The notes under the pieces are model-generated. The model worked only from the letters and a program-made list of their open reading frames with translations. It was not told the DNA's origin and did not search any database. Below are positions 1 through 16,395 of a stretch of DNA of 64,000 bases, piece after piece (within the stretch, counting starts at the first letter, position 1; each line of letters begins with the position of its first letter). Origin of the DNA: Macrostomum lignano. Its lineage: Eukaryota. A program made the position numbers and the translations under genes. The stretch spans positions 1-64,000 of the forward strand of contig NIVC01001210.1 in assembly GCA_002269645.1 (NCBI GenBank). The letters are read 5' to 3'.

Positions 1-127
1 AGGATACTATTTAACTATCACAAAATTTTGCTTATAAGCTCCTGCTCAAACACCTATCGCTCATACACTACTGATCATACACTGTCTTCCTGATGCACTA
101 CTGCTCATACACCATCCTGCTCATACA

Positions 128-245
128 GGGGGCCGTAGCCCAGCGTAGCGCAGCTGCTCTGGTGTGCCAGCGACCCAGGCTCGATTCCAAGTGCAGTCAC
201 ATTAATTTGGGCTGAATTGGAATCTCGGCTTGGCTCTGCTCGTGT
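128..245 (+). mobile_element. tRNA-derived SINE-like element (copy 1)
   Basis: A-box-like GTAGCCCAGCG and B-box-like GGCTCGATTCC followed by a body (gcagtcacattaatttgggctgaattggaatctcggcttgg) that recurs at 56343-56430. Confidence 0.5.
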
Positions 246-477
246 AATTAACGGCCTTGAGAGCCAACCCCAAGGCGCAGTGAAGTGTACATGCCTAACG
301 ATAATATAAAGTTAGGGCCGCTGTACACTCCTGTGTGAGTGTTGCCTGCGTACGCGCGCTTGTATGCCTGCTCAGGGGAGTCGGCGGAATGGCAGCAATG
401 CCTCTCGCCGGTTGTGTGCCTATGTCGCTTAAAGTGCGCCAGGGTGCACACAACCCTGCCTCTAATAAAAAAAATCC

Positions 478-830
478 TGCTCATACATCTATCGCTCATA
501 CACTACTGTAAATACAGTCCTCCTTATGCACTACTGCTCATACACCATCCTGCTCATACATCTATCGCTCATACACTCCAGCTCATACACTACTACTCAT
601 ACACTACTGCTCATACGCTATCGCTAATACACTACTGCTCATACACTCCTGCTCATAAACCTATCACTCATACACTCCTTGCTCATACATCTATCGCTCA
701 TACACTCCCTGCTCATACACTACTACTCATACACTACTGCTCATACGCTATCGCTAATACACTACTGCTCACACACTACTGCTCATACACTATTGTTCAT
801 ACAAGTCTAGTTGGTCATACACTGTTGTTG
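478..830. repeat. Degenerate minisatellite with core catacactactgct (also at about 30-126), in a USP8 intron
   Basis: Visible tandem units; source of spurious ORF 339..986. Confidence 0.85.
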
Positions 831-888
831 AAAAATCGCGCAGCCCATATGGAACGAAATAAACACAAATGCAAAATGTCGATCTCAC

Positions 889-1511
889 CCTTGCAAGAAA
901 TAAGAAGCCAGCACAGGCGTATTGCTGAGACATTGCACAGTGCTATTACAAATAGCAGGTATTGCCAAGATTTCGCAGACCGGTAAGGCCGTGCGGCACG
1001 CTGCCGTATTCCGGCGCCATTCGGTTGAGCGTGTGCGCGTCGAACGAGCTAAACGGGCGGACTACGGCGGCGACGGAGCTGCCGCCGCCATTGGCTACGC
1101 GAGGCGGAACCTGCGCCTGCGCCTGTTTAACAGAGGGGATTCCGAAGAAACACCGGAACTGGGGCCCGGTGTTGGTGCCGGTGGTGCCGGGGTGGCGGAG
1201 GCCGCAGAGGCGGCAGAGGTGGCGGAGGCTTTATCGCTGTCCGGCTTGGAGCGCTGCTTAGCCAGGTTTGGCTGCGAGGCCACCCGCTTCAGGCCGCTGG
1301 TGGAGGCGGGGCTGGCAGACGAGGAGGGACCAGCAGCGAGGGCGGCGGCGGGGGCAACTTGGGAAGCCGCAGGAGCGGTGTTGGCTGGCGGTCCGGATGG
1401 TGGAGCTATCGCTCTGAAGTCGGTGGACACAAACATTTGATGAAGATTAAGAAGACAGACAGACAGACAGACACAAAGACAAGCAGACGGACAGACAGAC
1501 TCAAAGACAAG

Positions 1512-1557
<46 letters not shown>

Positions 1558-4500
1558 CAGAGACAGACAGACAGACAGACAGACACACAGACAGACACTC
1601 ACGGTTTCTCCGGTGTCGGTGCCGGAGCGGCGGCAGGCGGGTCGGCAGGCGGCGCAGGAGTCGCAGGCTTGGGCGGCGGTCTCTCCAGCGAATCCAGCAC
1701 ATCGTCGGGCAGATCCCAGTACATCTTGCAGGTCTGCGTGTCAACATAGAAATAGCGGCCGTTCTCGTTGCCAACGTGCCAGCCGGGAGGCAGTCGCAGG
1801 CCGGGCTTCACCATCGCCTGCGATCCAGCAGCGGCACCGGCCATCGAGCTGCCCGCAGTCAAGGAGGCCGGAGCCTCCGACGATTTCTGCGCCTTCGTCG
1901 GCTTGTTGCTCCGATCAACCAGAGGACGGCCGTTGCTGCCGACGCTTCCCCCGCTGGTGCCGCTGCCACCGCTGCCGCCGCTGGCGACTTCCCCGGAGGT
2001 GACCGCGGCAGTTGCCGATGCAGCAGCAGCAGCTGGAGCAGGCTGGGGCTTCAACGAACTGAAGTTTAGGAAGGGCTTCAGCTATACACTGTGGTGTACA
2101 TACTTTCAGCTGGGTGGAGAGACTCAATTAAAGAGACTAAAAGAGACCCAATAAATGCATCTATTTAACTTGTGTAGCTTCATGGAGATGCAGGGAGGGA
2201 GGTGCAGGGAAAGATTTGCAGGGAGGGAAGATGCGGGAGGGAGATGAAGTGAAGGAGGCAGGCAGATGCAGGGAGGAAATATGTAGGTAGGGAAGATGCA
2301 GGGAGGAAAGATGCAGGTAGGGAAGATGCGGGGAGGGAGGAGCAAGGAAAGATTTTCAGGTAGGCAAAATGCAGGGAGGCAAGACGTAGGTAGGGAAGAT
2401 ACATGGAGATACAGGTAGGCAAAATGCGGGGAGGAAAGATGCAGGGAGGAAAGATGCAGGTATGGAAAATGCAGGGAGGGAAGATGTAGGCAGGCAAGAT
2501 GCAGGGAGGGAAGATGTAGGTAGGGAAGATGCAGGGAGGAAAGATTCAGGTAGGGAAGTTGCAGACAGGGAAAATGTGCCCCCATTAGAGTGAATCTCAC
2601 TACAAGCCCAAACTAAAAACACAATCAATTAAAAAGATGATCATCTCATACGCACCGATTGACAGCCGGCACAGTAGAAGAACTCGGAGCCGGCGCTTTG
2701 TCGCGCTCCGCTCGTTCAGCCGCCTCTTTAGCCGCCGCCGCCGCCGCAGCCGCCGCTTTCTGCGCCCGCTGCTCTTCTTCAAGTTTCTTTTCTGCTCGGC
2801 CGCCTTCGCCTCCGCCTCGGCAGCGGCGGCGGCAGCAATTCGAGCTTTCCGTTGCTCTTCGAGTTTACGACGGGACTCGTCTTCCAGGGAAGGATAGGCT
2901 ACAATGCTTGCCAAGCCACCGCCGCTGCCGCCTCCCTTGCTGCTATCGGGACCTTGATAAGCCGGGTCCGTTGTCAAGGTCGGGTAGGCCAGAAGGACGC
3001 CCTGATGGGTGTTTGATGTGTCATACATATAAATATACTGTAAATAGCAATGTTAATGTAGATGCATTTAGCAGCTGGGATTGTAATTCCTGAATGAACA
3101 ACATTAAAATCTAAATAAGGAAGGGATAAATATCCAATCCCAAATAAGCAGGGATCAGGATCCCAGGATAAAAGATTCCCCAATCCCAAATAAGAAGGAA
3201 TCAGGATCCCAGGATAAAAGATTCCCCAATCCCAAATAAGCAGGGATCAGGATCCCAGGATAAAAGATTCCCCAATCCCAAATAAGTAGGGATCAGGATC
3301 CCAGGATAAAAGTTCACAATTCCCAAATAAGCAGGGATCAGGATCCCGGGATAAAAGATTCCCCAACAACAAATAAGTAGGGATCAGGATCCCGGTATAA
3401 AAGATTCCTCAATCACAAATAAGTAGGGATCAGGATCCCAGGATAAAAGGTTCCCCAATCACAAATAAGTAGGGATCAGGATCCCGGGATAAAAGATTCC
3501 CCAATCACAAATAAGCAGGGATCAGGATCCCAGGATAAAAGATTCCCCAATCCCAAATAAGTAGGGATCAGGATCCCAGGATAAAATATTCCCCAATCTC
3601 AAATAAGTAGGGATCAGGATCCCGGGATAAAAGGTTCCCCAATCACAAATAAGCAGGGATCAGGATAAAAGATTCCCCAATCCCAAATAAGCAGGGATAA
3701 GGATAAAAGATTCCCTAATCCCAAATAAGTAGGGATCAGGATCCCAGGATAAAAGATTCCCCAATCCCAAATAAGCAGGGATCAGGATCCCAGGATAAAA
3801 GATTCCCCAATCCCAAATAAGCAGGGATCAGGATCCCAGGATAAAAGATTCCCCAATCCCAAATAAGTAGGGATCAGGATCCCAGGATAAAAGATTCCCC
3901 AATCACAAATAAGCAGGGATCAGGATCCCAGGATGAAATATTCCCCAATCCCAAATAAACAGGGATCAGGATCCCAGGATAAAAGATTCCCCAATCACAA
4001 ATAAGTAGGGATCAGGATCCCAGGATAAAAGGTTCCCCAATCACAAATAAGTAGGGATCAGGATCCCGGGATAAAAGATTCCCCAATCACAAATAAGCAG
4101 GGATCAGGATCCCAGGATAAAAGATTCCCCAATCCCAAATAAGTAGGGATCAGGATCCCAGGATAAAATATTCCCCAATCCCAAGAAGTAGGGATCAGGA
4201 TTCCAGGATAAAAGATTCCCCAATCCCAAATAAGCAGGGATCAGGATAAAAGATTCCCCAATCCCAAATAAGCAGGGATCAGGATAAAAGATTCCCCAAT
4301 CCCAAATAAGTAGGGATCAGGATCCCAGGATAAAAGATTCCCCAATCACAAATAAGTAGGGATCAGGATCCCGGGATAAAGATTCCCCAATCACAAATAA
4401 GCAGGGATCAGGATCCCAGGATAAAAGATTCCCCAATCCCAAATAAGTAGGGATCAGGATCCCAGGATAAAATATTCCCCAATCCCAAATAAGTAGGGAT

Positions 4501-7500
4501 CAGGATCCCGGGATAAAAGATTTCCCAATCACAAATAAGCAGGGATCAGGATCCCGGGATAAAAGATTCCCCAATCACAAATAAGCAGGGATCAGGATAA
4601 AAGATTCCCCAATCCCAAATAAGCAGGGATCAGGATAAAAGATTCCCCAATCCGAAATAAGCAGGGATCAGGATAAAAGATTCCCCAATCCCAAATAAGT
4701 AGGGATCAGGATCCCAGGATAAAAGATTCCCCAATCACAAATAAGTAGGGATCAGGATCCCAGGATAAAAGGTTCCCCAATCCAAAATAAGCAGGGATTA
4801 GGATCCCTGGATAAAAAATATTCCTCAATCCCAAATAAGTAGGGATCAGGATCCCGGGATAAGAAAGATTCCTCACTCCCAAATAAGTAGGGATCAGGAT
4901 CCCGGGATAAAGGATTCCCCAATCACAAATAAGTAGAGATCAGGATCCCAGGATAAAAGATTCCCCAATCACAAATAAGTAGGGATCAGGATCCCGGTAT
5001 AAAAGATTCCCCAATCACAAATAAGTAGGGATCAGGATCCCAGGATGAAAGGTTCCCCAATCACAAATAAGTAGGGATCAGGATCCCAGGATGAAAGGTT
5101 CCCCAATCACAAATAAGCAGGGATCAGGATCCCAGGATGAAAGGTTCCCCAATCACAAATAAGCAGGGATCAGGATCCCAGGATAAAAGTTCACAATTCC
5201 CAAATAAGCAGGGATCAGGATCCCGGGATAAAAGATTCCCCAACCACAAATAAGTAGGGATCAGGATCCCGGTATAAAAGATTCCTCAATCCCAAATAAG
5301 TAGGGATCAGGATCCCGGTATAAAAGATTCCCCAATCACAAATAAGTAGGGATCAGGATCCCAGGATGAAAGGTTCCCCAATCACAAATAAGTAGGGATC
5401 AGGATCCCAGGATGAAAGGTTCCCCAATCACAAATAAGCAGGGATCAGGATCCCAGGATGAAAGATTCCCCAATCACAAATAAGTAGGGATCAGGATCCC
5501 AGGATGAAAGGTTCCCCAATCACAAATAAGCAGGGATCAGGATCCCAGGATGAAAGGTTCCCCAATCACAAATAAGTAGGGATCAGGATCCCAGGATAAA
5601 AGTTCACAATTCCCAAATAAGCAGGGATCAGGATCCCAGGATGAAAGGTTCCCCAATCACAAATAAGCAGGGATCAGGATCCCAGGATGAAAGATTCCTC
5701 AATCCCAAATAAGTAGGGATCAGGATCCCGGTATAAAAGATTCCCCAACCACAAATAAGTAGGGATCAGGATCCCAGGATGAAAGATTCCCCAATCACAA
5801 ATAAGTAGGGATCAGGATCCCGGTATAAAAGATTCCCCAACCACAAATAAGTAGGGATCAGGATCCCGGGATAAAAGATTCCCCAATCACAAATAAGTAG
5901 GGATCAGGATCCCGGTATAAAAGATTCCTCAATCCCAAATAAGCAGGGATCAGGATCCCGGGATAAAACATTCCCCAATCCCAAATAAGCAGGGATCAGG
6001 ATCCCGGGATAAAACATTCCCCAATCCCAAATAAGCAGGGATCAGGATCCCAGGATAAAACATTCCCCAATCCCAAATAAGTAGGGATCAGGATCCCTGA
6101 ATGAAACATTCCCCAAATCCCAAATAAGCAGGGATCAGGATCCCGGATAAAAGGTTCCCCAATCCCAAATAAGCAGGGATCAGGATCCCGGGATAAAAGA
6201 TTCCCCAATCCCAAATAAGCAGGGATCAGGATCCCGGGATAAAAGGTTCCCCAATCCCAAATAAGTAGGGATCAGGATCCCGGGATAAAAGGTTCCCCAA
6301 TCCCAAATAAGTAGGGATCAGGATCCTGGGATAAAAGGTTCCCCAATCCCAAATAAGTAGGGATCAGGATCCCAGGATAAAAGATTCCAATCCCAATTTG
6401 CCAACTTCGCATTGAAGAGTATAAGCACCCACTGCCCTCAGCACACCTGCAATCCTCGCTGCAGCAGTAGCGGCTCGCTCTTTAATGTTCCAGCCGAGTC
6501 CCACTTGAAGATGGCATCTTTAAACACCTGGACTGGGTGCTGCGGATTCAACGATCTGTCATTGGAGCGCCAGTCCATGATGATCACGTGGGTCATTGCT
6601 CGACGCGCTTTCCACAGCGTCTGGCCTTCGGGCGGTACGAGAGCTTCAACTCCGCTGACACTGCAGCTGGAAGGATATTGGCACAGAGTGGAGCGGCTGG
6701 ATCAAAGAATATGGGGAATATAGGGAAGCGGGAGTGAAGGGAGGATGGGGAGGGTGGAAGCGGAGAAATGAAGAGAGGATGTAGAGGGTGGAAGCGGGGA
6801 AATGAAAGGAGGAATCGGGGAATGAAGGGAGGATGAGAAGGGTGGAAGCGGGGAATGAAGGGAGGATGAGGAGGGTGGTAGAGGGGAATGAAGGGAGGAT
6901 GAGGAGGGTGGTAGAGGGGAATGAAGGGAGGATGAGGAGGGTGGTAGAGGGGAATGAAGGGAGGATGAGGAGGGTGGAAGCGGGGAATGAAGGGAGGATG
7001 AGGAGGGTGGTAGAGGGGAATGAAGGGAGGATGAGAAGGGTGGAATCGGGGAATGAAGGGAGGATGAGGAGGGTGGAAGTGGGGAATGAAGGAAGGATGG
7101 GGAGGGTAGAAGCGGGGAATGAAGGGAGGATGGGGAGGGTGGTAGAGGGGAATGAAGGGAGGATGAGGAGGGTGGTAGAGGGGAATGAAGGGAGGATGAG
7201 GAGGGTGGTAGAGGGGAATGAAGGGAGGATGAGGAGGGTGGAAGCGGGGAGAATGAAGGGAGGATGAGGAGGGTGGAATCGGGGAATGAAGGGAGGATGA
7301 GAAGGGTGGAATCGGGGAATGAAGGGAGGATGAGGAGGGTGGAAGTGGGGAATGAAGGAAGGATGGGGAGGGTAGAAGCGGGGAATGAAGGGAGGATGGG
7401 GAGGGTGGTAGAGGGGAATGAAGGGAGGATGAGAAGGGTGGAATCGGGGAATGAAGGGAGGATGAGAAGGGTGGAATCGGGGAATGAAGGGAGGATGGGG

Positions 7501-8331
7501 AGGGTGGAAGCGGGGAATAAAGGAAGGATGGGGAGGGTAGAAGCGGGGAATGAAGGGAGGATGGGGAGGGTGGAAGCTGGGAGTGAAGGGAGGATGAGGA
7601 GGGTGGTAGAGGGGAATGAAGGGAGGATGAGGAGGGTGGAAGTGGGGAATGAAGGGAGGATGAGGAGGGTGGTAGAGGGGAATGAAGGGAGGATGGGGAG
7701 GGTGGAAGCGGGGAATGAAGGGAGGATGAGGAGGGTGGAAGTGGGGAATGAAGGGAGGATGAGGAGGGTGGAAGTGGGGAATGAAGGGAGGATGGGGAGG
7801 GTGGAAGCGGGGAGTGAAGGATGAGGAGGGTGGAAGTGGGGACGGTGGGGAATAGAGAGGGAAAGAAGGGGCAACTGTCATAAGGCGGGATAGCTTAAAA
7901 AATCAACTTTAATCGTCAATAGGGAATAGTAAGAAGCCCGCTCTAACCCCGGCTTGATCAGTGAGCCGTCAATATTAATCAGACAGTCGTGGCGTAGACG
8001 GCAGGCGCTGAACTCGCCGGGAGGACGAAGGTCGAACACCAGCACGTTTGGCGACGCGTCAGGCGATTTCAACAATTTGTAGAGCGCGGCCGAGTCCAGC
8101 TCTCCTGCGGCCGAGGTAGCCGTGGCCGGCTTCTTGTCGGCGGCTGAACTGGTTGACTGCTTGCCACCGTCGCTGCTGCCGCTGGACTTCGACGTTGTGT
8201 CGACTGCTGCAGCGTCCAACCGCTTGGCCAGTTGCTCGGCTTCGATGCGCTGGTAGCTGCAGGATGGGGGAGGGCGGGGAGTATCAGTGACAGACAGACA
8301 GACAGACAGACAGACACTAAGACAGACAGAC

Positions 8332-8369
<38 letters not shown>

Positions 8370-8404
8370 CAGACAGACAGACAGACAGACAGACACAGAC
8401 AGAC

Positions 8405-8463
<59 letters not shown>

Positions 8464-8554
8464 CAGACAGACAGACACTAAGACAGACACTAAGACAGAC
8501 ACTAAGACAGACAGACAGAAACATAGATAAAGAATAAAGACAGACAGACAGACA

Positions 8555-8598
<44 letters not shown>

Positions 8599-8826
8599 GG
8601 ACAGACAGACAGACAGGCAGACAGACACACAGACACACAGACACACAGACAGACAGACAGACAGACAGAGACAGACAGACAGACAGAAATATAGATAAAG
8701 ACAGACAGACAGAGACAGACAGACAGACAGACACACAGACAGACAGACAGACAGACAGAGACAGACAGACAGACAGAAATATAGATAAAGACAGACAGAC
8801 AGAAATATAGATAAAGACAGACAGAC

Positions 8827-8863
<37 letters not shown>

Positions 8864-9299
8864 AGCGAGAGTAATGAGTTGAGACACATCGAGGAGCAAA
8901 CGCGGAACTGGGAAAGAACCCCAAGCAGCTGCACAGCAGACAGACTTAAACCTGTATGCAACACGGAAAATAAAAGCTAAAAACTCACCGCTCTTTAAGA
9001 GAAGTCGACAGCCTCTCCGCCTGATCAGTGGCCTTCTGCATCTCTTTAATCATGCGAAAGTCGCTCTTTTTAAAATCGGGCATCTTTCTAACCCGATCGT
9101 ACACAAACAGGGTGCGCATGAACAGCACGTAGGCGCGCTCCTCGTCTCGATCGATGGCAGCCTTCTCCGCCGCCTGATAGGTTTTGCTCATAGAATTGAG
9201 GCCAGCCCGGGCGCTGTTGATATTCTTGACATTCTCTTCAGCGCGGGCGTTAAGCTCTTGCATGGACTTGCTCATGTACAGTTCAACTGGGTCTCCCAT
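889..9299 (-). CDS. USP8: Ubiquitin carboxyl-terminal hydrolase 8 (USP8/UBPY), 5' part; gene continues beyond the left edge
   Basis: Hand-spliced GT-AG exons: 9299-8989 (N-terminal dimer/MIT-like region, [11 protein letters not shown]), 8256-7948 and 6660-6447 (rhodanese domain, [12 protein letters not shown]...FKWD...EPLLL), 3001-2656 (coiled coil), 2058-1603 (WW-like [18 protein letters not shown]), 1413-889 (14-3-3-type motif RVASQP, then Cys box [24 protein letters not shown]). Junction phases join correctly (KER|YQR, VNR|SLKP). Three single-base indels interrupt the frame in this assembly. Confidence 0.93.
1455..1598. repeat. (ACAG)n microsatellite filling a USP8 intron
   Basis: Tandem acag units between exons 1603 and 1413. 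Confidence 0.95.
2140..2575. repeat. Purine-rich degenerate minisatellite (gcagggaggaaagat-like) in a USP8 intron
   Basis: Visible 15-20 bp units. Confidence 0.85.
3135..6390. repeat. 46-bp satellite, about 3.2 kb, in a USP8 intron
   Basis: Unit aatcccaaataagcagggatcaggatcccaggataaaagattcccc with period 46 (3182 to 3228), about 70 copies, internal palindrome GGGATC..GATCCC. Confidence 0.97.
6735..7850. repeat. 33-bp G/A-rich minisatellite in a USP8 intron
   Basis: Unit gggaggatgaggagggtggtagaggggaatgaa; gives the 11-aa periodic ORFs [11 protein letters not shown] and PPHPPFIP. Confidence 0.95.
8289..8862. repeat. (ACAG)n microsatellite in USP8 intron 1
   Basis: Tandem acag with occasional variant units. 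Confidence 0.95.
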
Positions 9300-11047
9300 G
9301 CTGACTTTACTGCAATTCATAGAATTCAGATCTGTTTTGTGAATGGCTGGTTAAATAGCTTAGACTGTAAGCAAGGGGCTGTGTGCACCCAGCAAACTTT
9401 AAGCGCCATTGTTAGTTGTACATTGATATACATGCAGTCATAAACACATCTATTGCATTTTGCCTAGTACATAAGCAATAAAGATGCTAAGCAATTTGGC
9501 AATAAAAAATTCAATGACAAAGACTCACCATACACAAATTTGGCAAAAGCAAAGTTGGCAACAATCTAATCAAAATAGGTAACAATGAAGAAGAACAAAT
9601 ATATATAATCTTATCAATTCTTTTAGAAAAATTATACTAATCAATGCATATTAGCATTACATTTTAACTATGTTTGTTTTAGCCATTATCCTGTTTTTCG
9701 AATGTGCTTTCCAAGAAATGTTGATTCCTTCTTGAAGATGCAAGATATGTAATTTACTTCAATTGAATATATTTTTTATATCTAAGGTCATATATGGGCT
9801 TTAGACCTTAGTATGTATTACATGTGGCAAGTAGAGCCCAACTGAGATCCCAATCCTGATCCCAAATTGGTTGGGACTTGGGTGTTTTTTCCAATTCCCA
9901 ACCATGTCGGGAGTAAGTATTGTGAGTTGAGAAAAGTTAGGTGGGATCAATAAAAAGTTTTTAAATTTATAGTATACTATAAAAAAATTTAGAAGCAATT
10001 TTGAAAGGGCTAGATAAGACAAGTATGCCAAATTGATTTGTTTATTTAGTTTAGGATTATTCTGATTTCTTAAAATATGTTCACTTAAATTAATAAATTA
10101 ATTTAATCAAACAAAAAGTAATTAAAAAGCAATATTTTATGCTAAAAGTGTCTTGAGAATCTGTTATTATTGGAAATACTAATGAAATGAAAAATATAAA
10201 AGTTAAGTGCAAAAAAATGACAAGAGTCAAATAGAGCAAGGTTGAGGTTTGAAATTCACTAACTACCAAATTTTCATTCTATTTGACCACTCAAAAAAAC
10301 TCAACTTGAATACTTAGCTCAAACCTTAAAGCTTGGTTAAGTACTTGACTTGACCAAAACCTGAGTTTGTCTGGGCTTTACACTCTAATAGTACTTATAC
10401 TAAACTACAAGTTAGGCAAATATTGTAGTAGTAATATTACTAAACTATTAATATTAATTAAAACACATGCCTATATATTATAATAAATGCATCTGTGCAG
10501 GGCCCCTCCCGATTCTATTATAAAATTAATAACCGTATAACTCATTTTGAATGCATGCCAAATCTAGGAAAACACATTTGTTATAGCGAAATTATATATT
10601 CAATAGAAAGTGGGATGTCTTTGATATGTAACTTTTTCGGTTGTAGGAATATCCTTGATACATATCCAATTTTTATGATCTTCTAAAGAAGCTTGTTTGT
10701 ACAAAAATGATGGAAAAACCCAATAAAATTATAAGCATTATCTGTTTACCTTTTTTGTAGAAACAAGCTTCTTTAGAGGATAATAAAAATTGGATACATA
10801 TCAAGGACATTCCTGCAGCTGCAACCAAGAAAGTTACATATTGGAGACGTCCCACTTTCTATTGGAAATGTAATTTTGTTAAGTGGGATAGAATATTTGA
10901 CTTAGCTGCAGCATAGCAATAATGAAGCAAAAAACAATTACAAGTTAAAAACATTTTTCTCCAAATAATTCATGCTATCTTCCTATTTTTTCGTTACATA
11001 AGATTTTTACAAAGAATCCATGCAACTGAGCAAATTTGTCAACAATA

Positions 11048-11060
11048 TGCGCATGCGCGC
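11048..11060. promoter_or_regulatory. NRF1/EWG-like GCGCATGCGC motif upstream of USP8 (related motif at about 15540-15552 upstream of the SLC5 gene)
   Basis: tgcgcatgcgcgc in otherwise very AT-rich DNA between divergently oriented genes. Motif match only. Confidence 0.3.
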
Positions 11061-11898
11061 AAGTGCACAAGTTTTTTTAGTGTGCATAGAATGAATTACA
11101 CTGCACTGCACAACGTCCCGAATTCGGTTTGTAATTTTTGTAGTCTGATTAGGTTTTGATTTTGTTTCTACGATTATAAGTGATATCACAAATAAGCTTA
11201 TGGCATTAGTAAACAAAATGTTAATGTGAAACAAAAGATCGAAAAAAATAATGACTCATCATTTGGGAGTGATTTTAATACGGTTAAATTCTATTTGTCA
11301 AGTCCGATTTCGTTGAAACCAAGTTTAAAATTTTTGTTTATGACAAAATGTATATAACAAATTGAGTTAACATTGTACAACTTTAAACGGAAAAAATATT
11401 GATCAAAAAACATTTTTAGCGCTAAATAAAACTATAAAATAACAATAGATAACTTGGCCTATAGTATAGCTTATTAATATTTTATATGTTACACTTTGGT
11501 TTAGATCGGTTTCAATAGGATGTTCCTGCATTATAACGATCGAATTAAGTGAAATGCAAGGTTCATACTACTCATTGACTTGGCACTCGAACTTTTTAAC
11601 TGTTGAGTTTGATGCAAGGGACTTCTTAAACCACCGACTGTTATCATTTTATATGCTCAGATTGTCGAAAGATTCATGTCTCTAAATCAAAGTTTTGACC
11701 ATTAACTACGAATTTTTTACTTTTGTGATGGGCACCTCTTATTTGTAAAGATTGAAGGGATTACACATCCGTGTTGCGAGTATACGCTCGTACATAGTGC
11801 AAGTGCAAACTGATTAAAAAACTGACAACTGAAAATATATACCCGTTTTTATCCCCCGTGTATATAAATATTTTGCATCTTTGTACATGTACGTACAT

Positions 11899-15158
<3,260 letters not shown>

Positions 15159-15892
15159 GTAAGGGTTTCTGATTGCATACACAACTAGCTACGTGTTTGT
15201 CTCAGGTAAGGCACCCAGTAAATTTCCGTTTGGCTTTCTGCGTTTGAACTGTTTTCAGAAGTCAGAATTTAGAAGTTCAGAAGCTTTTCTGCGGTAAATG
15301 CTTTTTATTTTTTTTGGCAATAATTTTATTGTGCCTTGTAGTGCGACGATATTTTTCGATATTTACGATAGTTTTTTTCGAGGCAAATGTAAAATGTCAG
15401 CTGCCGCAAATTGCTCTCTAGCGAAAAAGCATCAATGAAATAGCAGCCATGCACCATGCAAAGAGCTAATATAGGAACTTTATATAGCTTTTTCCATGGT
15501 ATGTGTAGCCATTGGTAAAAAATAAAGGAAAAAATATTCACGCATGCGCGCTGCATCAGCAAGGGGAGAAATCTGATTCAAACAAAACAGCCTTCGGCAC
15601 GCATAGAAACTTTTGTAGACATTTGATAATGGTCTTAAAAGTTTGAAATGAAAATATCATCGAGGGCAATATTGCTGCAGCTGCGGACTGCTGCATGGCA
15701 ATGCGTCACTGATCACGTTGGTTTCTCGACATTTTTAGAGAGTTTAACATTTAGTTTTGCGATTGATTTTCAGCGCACAAATTAGATCCTTACCAACAGT
15801 AATCAAAAGGCTGTAAGGGGCGTAGGCAAAGAGGGGTTCAAGAGGGTTGTGCCATGGCCCCCTTTATCATTGCCGCAGGTTGTTGGTTGCAC

Positions 15893-16395
15893 TGGTTGGT
15901 TTCACTCTATTAGGTTGGTTGGTTTCACTCTAATTGATTAGTTGGTTTCACTCTAGGTTGGTTGGCTTCACTCTAATAGATTGGTTGGTTTCACTCTAGG
16001 TTGGTTGGTTTCACTCTAATAGATTGGTTGGTTTCACTCTAGGTTGGTTGGTTTCACTCTAATTGATTAGTTGGTTTCACTCTAGGTTGGTTGGTTTCAC
16101 TCTAGGTTGGTTGGCTTCACTCTAATAGATTGGTTGGTTTCACTCTAGGTTGGTTGGTTTCACTCTAATAGATTGGTTGGTTTCACTCTAGGTTGGTTGG
16201 TTTCACTCTAATTGATTAGTTGGTTTCACTCTAATTGATTGGTTGGTTTCACTCTAGGTTGGTTGGCTTCACTCTAATAGATTGGTTGGTTTCACTCTAG
16301 GTTGGTTGGTTTCACTCTAATTGATTAGTTGGTTTCACTCTAATTGATTGGTTGGTTTCACTCTAGGTTGGTTGGCTTCACTCAATAGGTTGGTT
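15893..16395. repeat. Minisatellite of ggttggttggtttcactcta(ataga) units
   Basis: Visible 20-25 bp tandem units upstream of the SLC5 gene. Confidence 0.9.

Noticed and set aside
1123-1151. 29-nt micro-intron (gtttct...aaacag) that would fix the first USP8 frameshift
   Set aside because: Much shorter than the smallest supported introns here (about 70 nt), weak donor, removes a USP8-like P-x-x-N-R motif, and does not fix the second lesion.
3135-6390. CRISPR-like regular 46-bp array (also the 28-, 31- and 36-bp arrays)
   Set aside because: Units are head to tail with no unique spacers, no cas genes, and the context is eukaryotic introns.
6646-7881. Extensin-like Pro/His-rich and Ser/Pro-rich 390-411 aa ORFs
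   Set aside because: Products of the 33-bp minisatellite inside a USP8 intron; open in several frames.
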